DNA from: Vicugna vicugna
Lineage: Eukaryota
Length of the DNA stretch: 64,000 nt
Reading direction: 5' to 3'
Assembly (NCBI GenBank): GCA_013265495.1
Contig: MU058781.1
Span: forward strand, 2,396,158-2,460,157
Shown here: positions 37,960-51,369 of the stretch, piece after piece
Numbering within the stretch: position 1 is the stretch's first letter
Layout of the letters: every line of letters starts with the position of its first letter
The notes under the pieces: generated by a model
Told to the model about the DNA's origin: nothing
Seen by the model: only the letters and a program-made list of their open reading frames with translations
The model's database searches: none
Translations under genes and position numbers: made by a program

Positions 37960-39340
37960 TTATACTAGGATTGAACAAATACATAAATATATTGTGGATA
38001 ATGAGAGCCAGGTTTTTCACTTTTGGAGAAAAAACAAAGTTACAAATAAGGAAAGAATATAATAAATTCTGTGCTGTTGGAGTGAAACTAAAGGTGTCAG
38101 TATGAATTCATGATTTTTAATATATATGCAGATGGACAGACAAAGAAACATAGATATGTTCTTATGCACGGGTTAGTATACAGACATATTTCCCAGATCT
38201 ATCTGCTGAGAGGGCCTAGAAGCAATGACAACCCAGTAGCAATTTGCACACCTACAGCCCAGATACTGGTTCTAAATATCATCTTCTAATAAAAGGAACC
38301 AAACCTCGTTGGAGAATGTGTTGATTCCAGGACTGTGGCAGGGAACATATGAAACACGCTCAGAACATCTTGTGATACCCAAAAGCAAAGATATGTTTAA
38401 AAAATTATGGGGCCATGTCAAAAGAACTCAAGAGCCAATCTGGAGGAGCTTCCAATGTCCAAAGCTGGAATAATTTGAGTGACAAAATATATAATGATAA
38501 TATTGAATTATAACCCATAGAATAAAAGAAGTCTTCAAGTCCATACATATATCAACCAATCAGTTGATTGATAGAGAAGAGACTACTCTTCCTTATGGAA
38601 GAATTTCAATTAATAAAATGAAGGAAATGAGATAGATAGAAAACAACCACTTAGGCAAACACAAGAGCCATGGAAAAATGCTAAAATTAGCAAGCAAAAT
38701 CATGATGAGAAACTGAGATGAATATTTACATAGCCTTAAAGTATCTCCCAACAAGATAATTATTTATTAAAAAGAGAAAAATCTCAATTTTGCAGCAGAG
38801 AAAGCAGCAAATACCACCATAATCATGTGGTGAAGGTTAACATCATTGGTAATAAGATACATGAACATCATGTACCCCTTATGTGATTCATTGAGGAGGC
38901 ATAAATCACTTCTGCGTTCTCACCAAAGATATGCAAATATCCCAATCTAATCCTGAGAAAATATCACACTAATATAAATTAAGAGGTATTCTAAAAAAAT
39001 GACCAGTACCTTTCAAAATGTCAAGGTCATGAGAAACAAAAATTGAGAAATTGTCACATGTCGCAGATTGAAGATTAATTAAGGAGACAAGACATTTAAA
39101 TGACATGTGGATTTCAGGACTGAATCCTAGAGCAAAAACTAACATGGGTGGAAAAATTGTTGATATTTGAATAATGTTTGTGAAGTGGTTCATTATATTG
39201 TGTCAATGTTGATTCCCTCCTTTCAGTAATTATACTAAGGCTGTGTAAGATGTTTATAGACGCTGGGCAAAGATGTATAGGAATGCTTCGCAAATTTTTT
39301 GTAAGTCTGAAATTATTCTAATTTTAAAATCTAGAAAAAT
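37960..39340 (+). mobile_element. L1MC3/4-type 3' UTR
   Basis: 'ctgctgagagggcctagaagcaatgaca..ccagtagcaat', 'tgaccagtacctttcaaaatgtcaaggtcatga', ends 'gtaagtctgaaattatt'. Confidence 0.85.
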
Positions 39341-39559
39341 GATATAGCTGTAATAGTTTACAGATTTTAAATGATAATGACATTCTTACCAATATTTATT
39401 GAATGACTTCTCAGTGCCAGGCACCATGCTAAGAGACATCTAATGATACACAATACATACAGACACACACACGCACATATACATACATAGATACTTCTCC
39501 AGTTATTTTAAGTAATTCTTAATAACTGATATTAAGACAAGAATTCTTATTTTTCCAGA

Positions 39560-40990
39560 AATTAGGACCAAACATCTCTAATTATAATGATGGTATACAA
39601 GAGTAATAAAGAATAAACATATTTCAAGCTAATCTATAAATTCTATGTATTTCCAATAAAAAAATCCCAACAGAATTTTATGGGGATTCATAAGCTAATT
39701 CTAAAGTTTATCTGAAAGATAAAATAGGCAAGGATCTCTAAAGAAATTTTAATAATTTAACAAATCTAAAAACAAACTTTAAATCAATAGTAATTCAAGT
39801 GGTGTAATAAGAAGTGATGGGACAAGAAGAGATCAATGAACATGATAAAGACCAGAAACAGATGTATCCATCCTTGAGAATTTAGTGTAGGATACTGGGT
39901 GATATTTTAAACTAGTGAAGAGAAGGTTAACTAGTCAATAATTGCCATAGGGTAATTAGAATCCATTTGGGAAAAAATTAGGTTCATTTATTCATTCAAC
40001 AAATATTTAAATGCATGCATATTTTAGAAATAGGAATTTGTTCTCTAACCAACTTCATGTACAAAAAATAGATTTCCAGTGTAATCGGGATGTAACTATG
40101 TTTTAATCTATAAACATATTAAGATAAAATACGAGAAAAGACCTTTCTATACAGGATAGAAAATCTATATGCCATAAAGGAAAAATCTGAAAGATTTAAA
40201 TTAAAAATCTTGCATGATGAGAGGTACCATAAACAAACTAAAGGATTGGAACGGACTGAAAAACATTTACATGTATATAAAAGATAAACTAGAATATAAA
40301 ATATATCAGGTTCCAATAAATAAAGAGACAAGTCAATAGAAGAATGGGAAAGATTATGACTGGCAATTCACCAGAAAAAAAGAGGATAATGACAAATATA
40401 TATGTTCAACCCCTTAATAAAGAAATAAATAAAAATTTAAACAATAATGGTTTACTTTTACAAAATTGACAATATGTTTGCAGATTATTAATATCCAATG
40501 GTGATAGTTAGATGTGAAGTCAAGAGCTCACATAGACTATTCCTTTAATAAAATACACATATCTTTTGACTCAACAATTTAATTTCTATGAATCTATCAA
40601 AAATATTCACATGTGTACATAAGAAGCATGTATAGAAAAGAACATTTGAGTTATCTATAATAGCAAAACATTGAAAACCATCTTAATATCCTTAAAAAGG
40701 GAAATGGTTAAAAAATTATAGTACATGCAGACATTGAAATGCTTTCCAATTATTAAAACGAATGAGGTAATGTTTATGTATAAACATGGAAGGATCTTTA
40801 AGACATTTTATGTGTACCAAGCTAGGTTGCATATCAATTGATAGAGTATGATAGTGTACATATGTACACATACATATATTTGAAAGAGAACTTACATATT
40901 TTACCTGTATTTGTTTCATATAGTTTTTGGTTTGAAGTTTTACATTAAGAATATATTCATTTATAACATATGTAGCTAAAAATATAAAGT
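39560..40990 (+). mobile_element. Ancient L1 ORF2/3' remnant (L1ME-type)
   Basis: 'aagctaatctataaattc', 'aagctaattctaaagtttatctgaaag', 'ccagaaacagat', 'ggcaattcaccagaa'. Confidence 0.7.
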
Positions 40991-41469
40991 GAAAAAATAA
41001 GCTTCCATATGTTTTAGAGCAGCTCTATGTAAATACAGTTATTTTGTCCAACTTTTGAGGTCACACTTAAAAGAAGAAAATGAGCTAAAAGTAGAATATT
41101 CAACCAAAAATATGTATTCCTAAGATTAAACTAAGCAATAGATTTTCTTGGTAAAGCTTGGGAATGTGAATAATTTCCTCCTAAACATAACTCATTGAGC
41201 TATGAGTCAGGTAAATTGTTGGAAGGAGTATTTTTGCATCCTTATTTTTGAGGATGAGATAGAGACAGAGGGGTCAAGGATTTCCCCAGCTATAGTTAAT
41301 TGCCTAGCTGTTCACACAGTGTATTCTGGGGACCAGTACAGCCTCACTTTTAAGAGTTCACTGAATTAGAACAGTAACAGCAAAACAAGCTTACTTATTT
41401 GAATGCATTTCTTGTATTTAATGGAAATAAATGTTAGGATGAATAAAGAAGAAAAAAAGATATTTACCA

Positions 41470-41700
41470 ATAGATGTTTCCCTGACCACATAGTCTAAAA
41501 TAACCCCCACCTCTACCATTTTGGTCTCTAATCTTGTTCTTCATAGTGCTTACAGAAATGTGTAATTATAAACTCATTCAAATACATGCATCTCCGCCAG
41601 ATTCAAAGAGGGTGGGAACTCTGTCTGTTCACTTCTGTATTCCCCGTGTCTAGGCTAGTACTTGACATGCAGTAAGCGTTCAATAAATGAATCAGTAAAT
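41470..41700 (+). mobile_element. L2 3' end
   Basis: 'tttccctgaccac..tctaaaataa', 'cttgacatgcagtaagcgttcaataaatgaat'. Confidence 0.7.
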
Positions 41701-42189
41701 AAACCAGCATAATCAAGTCCAGAAGTATTTTGAAGGGATGGAAATGCCAAACAAGATGAAGATTAATAGGAATAACTATTATTCATGTGATTTAAAGATA
41801 TAAATGATGATACAGGTATAGATACAGGCCCTCCAGGGAGGTCACATGGCTACCCAGATGGTATGTTAGGAACTCAGTGTTGCTGCCATGTCTGCTCTTC
41901 ACTTATTGGGCCCAGAAACAATTTTGTCAGTACACTTATGATGATTAACAGCTGACTTATACTGAATAAACACATGATGGATTTATGTGTACGTTACAAA
42001 GCCAACTCATTAATTTACAATAAAAAGTATAACTGTCGAGTTAACTTGATTCTCAATCCTTGTTTAGCTCAATCACTCTCTATAGGAGAGAGAGAGAGGT
42101 TGCTAAATTATATCCAAATGGTAACTACAGCCCAGAAAGATTCCTGGCCACAGATTACTTGTGCTGCAGAGGTACCATTACTTTAGAAT

Positions 42190-43200
42190 AAGCCATCATT
42201 GTCTTATGCCTGGATTCTTACAACAGCCTCCTAACAGTACTCTGCACTTCCCCCTCTCAAATCTATTAAGCACACAGCAGCAAAAGTGTTACATTTAAAA
42301 CATACATCCGGTCACCTCACTTCTCTGTACAAAACCTTTCAATGGTTCTCCATTACACTGGAAAAAAAAATCCAGCCCCCTACTCATGGTATACAAGGCT
42401 CTGTGTGATCTGGGCCCTGCAACTTCTCCAATCTCATCAGAGGCCCCTTTCCCCAGCATTCTGGATCCCCCAGTACACTAGTCTGCTTTCAGATTGAGAG
42501 ACCGAGTATACAAATGGACAGTGGCCCGACCATATATAAAAATAGAGCTCTGACCCACAGCCTGCAGTAAGCAGCCCAGGAAGCCAGCCTGCTGTCTCTA
42601 AGTCAGACTGTTAGGAAGTCAGACCGCGGTGTCACAGCTGATCCAGGAAAGCAAACAATAACCGCTCAATAGTCAGACCAAAACAACCAAGGTTTGTTAG
42701 TAACTGAGAGCCTTTGTGTCTCTGCCAAAACATCAGTGACAATGGCTGAGGCCCTTGCTATATAGCGAGCTCTGGGTAAATGGCCTTTGCTGGTTGTCTT
42801 TTGGTTGGTCTTTATTTATTTCCACAAGACCCTTCACTGTGACCAGCTGCTTCCTCTCTTGGATCCTTTCTAATCCTCTTCCTTCTCCCTGGAATGCTTC
42901 CTCGACCCCTCACATGGACAATCCTTTCCTGTTTTCTAGATTTCATTTTGTGTATTGAAGACACCCTCCCTGACCACCCTTTTAAAATACCCCTATCCCA
43001 GCCTCTCTTTTGATTCCCTTACAGCACCTTCTACAATTTTCAATCATTTTGTTTTTTCAGTTTACTTCTTTTCTACCCATCACCCCCACCAGAATGAAGC
43101 TTTATGAAAATAGAGACTCTCTTTCCAGTTTCCTCTGAACTTTGAGGACCTAGAATAAATCTCCCAAAATACCAGGTACTGAAGAAATATGTTGAATGAC
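42190..43200 (+). mobile_element. L2 3' region interrupted by ERV1 LTR
   Basis: 'caacagcctcctaac', 'aaaacctttcaatggttctccatt', 'ccctgaccacc', 'aaatatgttgaatga'. Confidence 0.8.
42495..42826 (+). mobile_element. ERV1 solo LTR (MER89/MER90-like)
   Basis: TG...CA termini, 4-bp TSD agat/agac, 'gaccatatataaaaatagagctctgacccacagcctgcag'. Confidence 0.75.
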
Positions 43201-43227
43201 CAAGCAGGTGAAAGTGATTGCACACCT

Positions 43228-43671
43228 AAGGTAAACGCAGACCCAGTGCAAGAAACTCTTGTGCCTAGCCACCTGTTGAAAAGCTAGATGCTACGAGTTT
43301 GCCAATCTCTTTCGTGGACCACGTTTGGGGCTGGAAGTTGGTTTCCCTTAGATCTGCCAACTTTCATCAACTGCGGTATCTGTAATATGGTGTTTATCTA
43401 ATTGCCAGTTATTCTGACAAAATGTTTAAGGGAAACATCAGATTGTGCGGTGGTACCAAAGGCTAACCTTTCCATTATCCCCCACTGTCAATTTCTCTTC
43501 CTCCCATCTCCCCTCTTCCTTGCAGAGCTCCATGTCAACCACTAACTGCAGACCTCAGTGTTTGTAAAGAAGGCAGCACCGCAGAGCTCGGTACCCTCAC
43601 AGAGGACACCCACGGATCAAAGGGAGCAGCTTGGTCTTGCTGGAAGGTGAGGCTCTCGAGACTTTTGTCCC
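43228..43671 (-). pseudogene. Two candidate decayed exons (43468-43671 and about 43228-43379) separated by an 88-bp GT-AG intron
   Basis: cttttcatgtcag and catattacag acceptors, AAG|GTTAGC donor; motifs FDPW, LQTLRSAVSG*, LFNRWL, SFLHW across shifting frames. Confidence 0.3.
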
Positions 43672-43710
43672 CTGACATGAAAAGTTAGATGTTAGGTCAA
43701 TAGCCCTGAT

Positions 43711-43812
43711 ACTAACTACTCTATGTAAAATAGATAAACAACAAGGTCCTACTGTAGAGCAGTATACTATATATATATCGTAGGGAACTATATTCAGTAC
43801 CTTGTAATAACC
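43711..43812 (+). mobile_element. Short cetartiodactyl-type L1 3'UTR fragment
   Basis: 'aaatagataaacaacaaggtcctactgtagagca..gggaactatattcagtaccttgtaataacc' is similar to 63300-63375. Confidence 0.8.
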
Positions 43813-44630
43813 CTTCTTCTCCATAATCTCTAGCAATGACTGAACTTTTTACTGTCTCCACAGTTTTACCTTTTCCAGAATGTCATATAGTTGGAATTCT
43901 CCAGTATATAGCCTTTTTACATTGGCTCCTTTCACTTGGTAATATTCATTTAAGTTTCCTCCATGTCTTTTAATGGACTGATAGCTAATTTTTTTACATT
44001 GAATAATATTTCATGGTCTGGATGTATCACAGTTTATCTATCCATTTACCTAATGAAGGCCATCTCAATTGCTTCCAAGTTTTTTCAGTTATGAATAAAG
44101 CTGCTATAAACATCCATGTGTAGGTTTTTGTGTGTACGTAAGTTTTCAATCCATTTTGGTAAGTAAATACCAAGGAACATGATTTCTGGCTCACATGGTA
44201 AGAGTATATTTAGTTTTTTGGGTTTTTTAAATGTCAAACTATCTTCCAAAGTGACTGCATCATGTTGCATTCCCATCAGCCATGAATGAGAGTTCCTGTT
44301 TCTCCACATCCTCACCAGCATTTGGTGTTGTCAGTGTTTTGAATTTTAGCCATTCTAATAGGTGTGTAGTGGTATCGCATTGTCATTTTATTTTGTAATT
44401 TCCTAATGAAATATGGTGCTGGCATCTTTTCATACATGTATTTGCCATCTGTATATCTTCTTTGGTAAAGTGTCTGTTCAGGTCTTTTGCCCATTTTTTA
44501 AATTGGATTGTTTGTTTTCTTATTGTTGAATTTTAAGTGTTCTTTGCATATTTTGGATAATAACTTTTATCAGAAATGTCTTTTGCAAATATTTTCTCCA
44601 TATATATGTGGTTTGTCTTTTCCTTCTCTA
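43813..44630 (-). mobile_element. L1MB/MC-type ORF2 C-terminus and 3'UTR
   Basis: ORF track 44312..44494 gives MRYHYTPIRMAKIQNTDNTKCW (L1 ORF2 C-terminal signature). Confidence 0.9.
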
Positions 44631-44632
44631 GA

Positions 44633-44793
44633 TCTGAAGACATTTTTGATTGTCACAACTTGGGGCCACTCCTGGCACCTAGTGAGTAGAGTCCACAGGT
44701 GCTACTAAATGTCCTACAGTTCATAGGACAGCCCTCCACAACAAAGAATTATCCAGTCCAAAATGTTCATAGTGCTGAGGTGGAGAAACTCTG
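44633..44793 (+). mobile_element. MER20 (5'-truncated)
   Basis: 'agacatttttgattgtcacaact..ggacagccctccacaacaaagaattatccagtccaaaatg..gagaaactctg'. Confidence 0.9.
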
Positions 44794-44919
44794 AACTAGA
44801 TAATTTCTTGGTTGAGATAGATGGTGACTATTGAAGTAGGTAAGCTTCATGAAGATAGGAACTTTGTTTTATGTTTTTCATTTCCATATCTCAGCATTTC
44901 TCTCAATGCATTTGATGAA

Positions 44920-45830
44920 GTCTTTGCAGGGTTTTGAACATAGGGGAGATGTGAGCCTGCCTAGTTTTTAAAGGATCACTCCAGCTGCTGGATTGGGAGA
45001 AGACTACAGGGGAGCAAAAGCAGAAACAGTGATATCAGTTTGAAGGCTATTGAGTAACTCAGGCAAGAAGTGATGATACCTCAGCTTTGGTGGTAGCTGT
45101 GAAAGTGGTGAGAAGTGGTCAGAATTGGAATATCTTTTTCAGAAACAGCCAAAAATATTTTCTGAACAATCAGATGTAGGGAGTGAAAGAAGAAATGGAG
45201 TCTGTTATCAGCTTTGATGGGAAGGCTGAGAGCGAGCAGGTTTTGTAGCAAAGATCAAGAGTAGCATACTCATGTTTAGATATGCTAATTTTGATGTCTT
45301 TATTAGACATCGAAGTAGTTATTTCAGGTAGGCATTTGTTATAACACATCTCTGGAAATATGCTGGAAGGAGTCCAGAGAGTGAAGCCATGAGACCAGAT
45401 GAGATAACAGAAGTGTGAATGTGAATAGAAGACAGAGACAAGGGCTGAGCCCTGGGATACCCCAACAGGAAGAGATCTGGGAAAGAGAAGGAACCAGCAA
45501 AGGAGAAGAAGACAGAGAAATCAGGAGTGTGGAAGGAAGAAACGAGGGTATGGAGTTGTGGAGAGGAAGTGAGGAAAGCTGCTAAGGATGGAGTGCCCTG
45601 TAGTGTGAAATGCTGCTGAGACATCATGGAAAGAGGCCAGAGACTGACCATTGTATTTAGCAAAACGGAGTCCCTGGTGACCTTGAAAGGAGGAGTTTCA
45701 GTGGGGTTGTGGGATGAAAGCTTGATTGAATGGGTAAAGAGGGAACTGGAATAAAGGAATGGAAGACAGCAAGTAATAATAACTCAAAAGAGTTTTGCTG
45801 TGAATGAGAACAAACGAATGATGCCATAGA
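44920..45830 (-). mobile_element. L2 internal segment
   Basis: 'aaaggatcactccagctgct', 'gactgaccattgtatttagcaaaacggagtccctggtgaccttga'. Confidence 0.85.
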
Positions 45831-46245
45831 TAAGAAAGGAGGTAAAGAGGGAGCTTTAGTTAGGCAGGAGGAATTACAACAGAGCAGCCCCGTGGAAGAG
45901 GGGAAGTGATGATGCAGGAGAGAGTAGAGAGGCTTGCTGAAGTAGAGCAGAGCAGATGGGATTTAGTGCAGGAGAAGAGGGGTTGTCTTCACAGAGGAGT
46001 TCGGCTGGTTCAGCGGAGGTGAAGAGTAGTAACATCATGCAGAGATGTGCTGTCTCTAAGTTTTGGCAACTGCTGTGAGGCTGGAGAAGGGCTGGCTGCC
46101 TTTACAGGGCCGGAGCAGGCAGAAGTAAATGTTGTGGAATGTGTTCTTTGGTAACCTCAAATGCTCCTATGTTGATGTGTTCAGAGATCTGTTCTGTAGG
46201 CGACCTTTTCTTTCATGAGAAGGCAAAGGGCACGTATGTTTTCAC

Positions 46246-46591
46246 CTTGACTCTCCCAGGCAGATACCCCAGTGGATTTTTGAAGCAATCATCTAGGACC
46301 CTCTCTGTGGTTTGGTTTCTAACCTGCTTCTATTCTATTTCCATGCCACCAGGCTCCTGCGCTTGGTCTTCATTTCAAATTTGGTCCTTTTTTGGCCTTT
46401 CAGAATTGGCACTTGGATTACGGTTTCCTGGTTGGATTTCGGTACTCCTTGCTAACTTTTGGTAGGACTCCTCTCCTTAGCAACAAGCTGCCTAGAGTTG
46501 TGTGACCTGCACCATTTCCAGCTCTTTCAGACCCAGCCCCTGACTCTGGTTTCCTTGACTAATACACTGGCCTGGATCTCCCCCATCACCC
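46246..46591 (-). pseudogene. Candidate decayed exon of SFI1-repeat-like gene
   Basis: tacttcctcctgag acceptor, AAG|GTGAAA donor; motifs RVRGWV*KSWKW, FEMKTKRRSLVAWK (46379-46338), RVLDDCFKN. Confidence 0.4.
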
Positions 46592-46775
46592 CTCAGGAGG
46601 AAGTAGATACACTCAGTGACAGCTGGGATTTTGTGGTAAAACACATACTCAAAATAGCAAAGTGAATTACCACTAGTAAATAAATATATATAATTGTTTA
46701 GCATAATATAGCCCAGGCTCATTAGTCAGTAACAGCTGAAAGCATCTTACTGATGAAACAAATCGCATGAGATGC

Positions 46776-47390
46776 TGTGGTAGGCAGAATTCCAAGATGG
46801 TTCCCTAGATTTCTCCCTCCCTCCCCAGTGTGCGTACTCCACGTAACCCCTGGAACTGTGAAGGTGTTGGAGTTTACGCCCATGATGAGGTCATGTGATA
46901 AAGGCACAATTGACTTCACAAAGGGAGATTATCAAGGTGGTGCTGACCCAGTCACACAAGCCCTTTAAAAGCAGCTTTTTGGACAGTTTTCTCCAGCTGG
47001 TCTCAGAAGAAGAGTCTGAGAATCAAAACACAAGAAAGACTCCATGGACATGCTATTTCTGGCTTGAAAATGGAGGGGCTCCATCTCTCAGAACTGCAGG
47101 CAGCTTTTGGCACTGTGTGTGACCCCCCAGCTGACAGCCAGCAAGGAAATGGAGACCTCAGTTATATAACCACAAGAAACTATTTCTGTCAACACCAAGA
47201 ATGAACCTGGAAGCAGATTTTTACCCAGAGCCTCCAGATGGGAACTCAGTCTGGCTGACCTTGATTTCAACCTTCTGAGACCCTGAGCAGAGAACCTAGT
47301 TGTGCTATACTGACTGTGAGCTAATAAGTCGGTATTGTGTTAAGGCTCTAAGTTTGTGATAATTTGTTACACAGCAGTAGAAAATATACA
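46776..47390 (+). mobile_element. MLT1E-type MaLR LTR
   Basis: Starts TGTGGTAGGCAGAATTC, ends 'ttgttacacagcagtagaaaatataca'; TSD gatgc/catgc. Confidence 0.9.
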
Positions 47391-48539
47391 CATGCCATTG
47401 GCTGATAGCAGTGGGTACTTGGCAATCAGTCCATAGAATACCACCCCCACCTCCAGACAAGGTAGGTAGTCTGTAGAAAATAGCTGCAGAATATTCCTGA
47501 AGCCTCTGGGAAAGGCAGATTCCACCTTTTGCCCTCTACTCCAAACCTCCAGTCCCTGTGGTCTTATTTAACACACCCGCCCTCTACTGTAGCTCCAAGA
47601 TGGACGTTTTATGTGTTTGGGCTTTGGCTTCTCATGTGGAGGTTGCTACTCTTTGCATCACCCTTGATTCTGCACTTTTAACACAAGAACTAGACTAGTC
47701 CCATGCCTGCAGTGATCCACCCTCTCCTTCCCCCAGTGTTCTTAGAACTCTGAATCCCAATCTGGACCAAGCACACTAGGTTCTGTTTGTGAGAGGTGGG
47801 GGAGGTGGGTGGGACGGGTTTAAGGCTTAGTTTTATGGAAGGAAAGCACTGCAGATACATATGCAGGAGCCTTGTAAGGTCTGGAAGTTTTGCTTTAGTT
47901 TTTGAATTAGGCTCACCTCCTTCTTACTTTAAGAGGATTATTACCAACAGCGTTGATATGAGAGCCCAAAATGATGACATTGGATGCCGTAAATTTGCAT
48001 TTTTTCTTTATCTTGGATATCAGATGTTTTGAAATGACATAGAAAATCTTTAAGTTTTCCATATCTAGAAGTAGACCTTTAGGTATTTATAAAATCCTGA
48101 AATTATAGAGTCTTTTCCATTCCCACTGGGTTATGCTAGGATTGGGCCCAGAGGAGAAGCCTCTAGGCAACAGGTAGTAGCAGCTAAGAGTGCTGGTCTG
48201 TGGCAGTGGTACAGCAAGACACTCGCTACCACCAGGATCAGCGAGGTATGAAGAAGGGGCAGGTAGGGCTTGGGAAGCACCCACAGTCACAGGGAGACAA
48301 GACTCTCTGACTTCAAAAGCTCTTCCATATTTGATATTTTGAGAGTAGGTAAGGGAGGATGAGGAGCTGGATGAAGGCCAGACAGGAGGAACAAGAATGC
48401 GGTAGCCTGCCTAATTGGGATCCAGTGCTGAGAGCTACTGAGTTGGCTTATAGAACCCAACGACAAGTGGTCAGGAGGGCTGAAAAGATGGGGACCACGG
48501 GACAGTTGAGGAAAACCACAGGAAGTTAGAGTGAGGAAC

Positions 48540-48760
48540 TTACAATTATTGAGTTTCTACATCTTACCCAGTATCATCACAGGTTCTTTTGTATATGTGT
48601 TTTCTTCTCAACTACCTGATGGCATTACGTACCATCATCTCAATTTTACAAGTGCAGAAATGGAGACATCTCAGTGTAGATAAATGACATATCTTTGCTC
48701 ACATCTCTGGAAGAGTGACAGAGTTAGGATTAGAAGTCATGTGACTTCAGTTGGCATAAC
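48540..48760 (-). mobile_element. MIR
   Basis: 'catcatctcaattttacaagtgcagaaatggagac..gacagagttaggattagaa'. Confidence 0.65.
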
Positions 48761-49887
48761 CCTGTCTTGCTGTCTCCTGACGGCTCCTCCTTTGTTTAAC
48801 AGAGGCACCGTTGAATCCATGACAGTTATATTAATTTGAATAGGTAAAAATGTCTTTAGTACCTACTACATACCAGGCACTGTACATGGTGCTAGAGATA
48901 TCATGCTCTCTTTGCTCTAGAACTCATTCTAGAGCAGGACTAATGTGAACAGAGATTTTGTGAGCACTGTGAATATGGTAGCAGCAATAAAGGCACATCC
49001 AGCATATGGAATGCCTCCTGTACTTCAGGCACTGTGCTAAATACCAGAAAAGTCAAAGGCAATAAAACAGCCCTCTTGATTTATGACTATGCTAGTTTCC
49101 TTGCTGTCTTGCTCTGGGGGAAAGCCTTTACACACTTGAGAATGGTCTTAAATGGTCTCAAAATCTTTAAGGGAGGTATCTTAAGGACTTGTTCCCCTCC
49201 AAAAGTGAAAGTAGACCAATTGGCCTGCATAGGATCAGTGAAAGTAAGCCAAGAGATTTCCAGTAAATACATGACTGGAGAGTTTGGGCAAGATCCAAGC
49301 TCAAAAAATAGAGTCTTACAAAGAAATCAGAGAAGGAGTATGACTGTAACTATGAAAGCTGGGAACTTATCAGTATAGCCTGTTTTGGCAAAGGTGTTGA
49401 AAGAGAAGATGGCCTGACTAGAGCTTAGCTGGATATTACAATAGAGATTAATTTGTGAGTATTTATCTAATACAGCCAGCTAAAGCAGAAATTTAAGTCG
49501 TTTAGATATATGCAAAGCACTGGGAGACAAGGATGATTTTTCTCCTGGTCTGTATGAGGTCTCTCTTAAAATTATCCCACTTTTTATATTTCTAGTTCCA
49601 CCTACATCAGCAATCCTTGATTAATATTTTGCCCTTAGTATCAGAAATTGGGGTCTGGATTGTAGACAGTTAATTACATTGGAAGTCTTATTTATGTATC
49701 TGTCATTTATAAATTTGATTAACATAAGTCAGTTTCAGAGAAGTTGAATGATCAGCTTAGGAAGCTCCTACAAGATGATAAGGACCGGAGTCTGGTGCTT
49801 AGATTCAAAAGAACTGGAGTGATTAAGAAATTAGATTTTGAATCTAAGGACCAGAACGTGAGGAAAGGGGACAATGCCCAGTATTAC

Positions 49888-50079
49888 CATGTCAGAGACA
49901 CTTTTGAGAGATTATTCAGGCCACTTTCCGTAATATCTTTGTGACTTTGCCAATTGCAAAGTGCCTTAATAGAAGATTCTTTGAGAGTGAGCATACTAGT
50001 AAGTAGGGCATGACTGAAATGTGCTGCTTTCTTAGGCACATCAGCGTTCCCGATTATCGTGAGGCCTCTCACCTTGAAA
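49888..50079 (-). pseudogene. Candidate exon (192 nt, phase 2-2, fully open)
   Basis: cttgtattctctgtag acceptor, ATG|GTAATA donor; FKVRGL...KALCNWQSHK...SLT; alternative frame has KNLLLRHF. Confidence 0.4.
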
Positions 50080-50589
50080 CTACAGAGAATACAAGGTCTG
50101 GACTTTGTGCTGGTTGGTTTTGTGGTATCATCTTATTTTTCACAGTGGTCTTTCTTCTTAGAGAATTGACTTTCCTCGTTCTTGAATTTACAATCAGAAA
50201 ATTGAATCTACCCACCATGGATCCAAAATCAGTTATCTGTGTTGATTGGCGAAACCTCTGAATTGTTTTTCTTGTATCTTCCTGTCCCTACCAGAAGCCT
50301 ACTGTTTAAAGGCAGTGTTTATATTAAAAACAACGGTTTCGATCTCTCTGGGAAGAAGTAAAGCTCTCTTACTGGCTAGGGTCTTCCCTTGGGTGCTGAA
50401 AATGAAGTGGCATTTTGGGGGACATGGATTCTAAATATAAGGATGCTCTGAAATGTCTTCCAGATTTCAGTGATGAAGTGGGTGACCACTACACAAGAAC
50501 AACACTTACAGCAGGCTGTGGGTTCATTTAATTGACATAACATCTAAATGATGAATGATGGAGCTTATCAACATTATGCTTTTAAAAAT

Positions 50590-50876
50590 ATTTTATTTTT
50601 AATTGTGGTTAAAAATGCATAATATAAAGTTTATCATCTTACTCACTTTTAAGTGTACAGCTCAGTAGTGTTAAATATATTCACACTGGTGTGCAACCAA
50701 CCTCCAGAACTTTTTCACCTTGCAAATCAGAAACTCTGTATTCATTGAACAACAGTTCTTCATTTCTCCTCCCCCAGCCCCTGGCAACTTCCATTCTACT
50801 TTCTGCTTCCATGAATTTGACTGCTTTGGATTCCTCATATAAGTAGAGTCACAGGGTCTTTGTCTTTGTGTGATTA
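50590..50876 (-). mobile_element. L1MB-type 3' end
   Basis: 'ttttaagtgtacagctcagtagtgttaaatatattcac..cccccagcccctggcaac..ccattctactttctg'. Confidence 0.88.
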
Positions 50877-50974
50877 TCTAACAATGTACATTAAGTAATA
50901 ACACTAGTTCCTAACACCAGTTCCTTAACTGTACATTCCTTCATCTGAGAAGCAGCAAGGACTTTATTTTGTCT

Positions 50975-51225
50975 TCATGATAATGATTAACATACACTTT
51001 AGCATGCCGGTCAGTGTTAAGAGCTTCATATTTGAGATCTCAGTTGGTCCTCACAACAGCTCTGAGAGGTAAATACTAGGATTAGTTCCATGATACAAAT
51101 GAAGACGCAGAACTAGAGAGGTTGGCAATGGGCCCAACGTCATACAGGGAGCAAGTGTTCAGGTCAGCATTCACAGCCAAGCGATCAGACCCTGAGCTTA
51201 ATCACTAGACCTCACTGCTTCTCAC
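50975..51225 (-). mobile_element. MIR
   Basis: 'tcctcacaacagctctgagaggtaaatact..tacaaatgaagacgcagaactagagaggtt'. Confidence 0.7.
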
Positions 51226-51369
51226 CAGCGTCTGTAATTTGCCAGGGATGCAACTGTCTTCTCTGCCGAATCTCTATCTTTTTTCTTCCAGGCAGGATAC
51301 ACATTTCTTAAATGAGTACCCTTATTAAGCTAACACCCAATTTTGCAGTGTCTTCCAAGTATTCATCGT

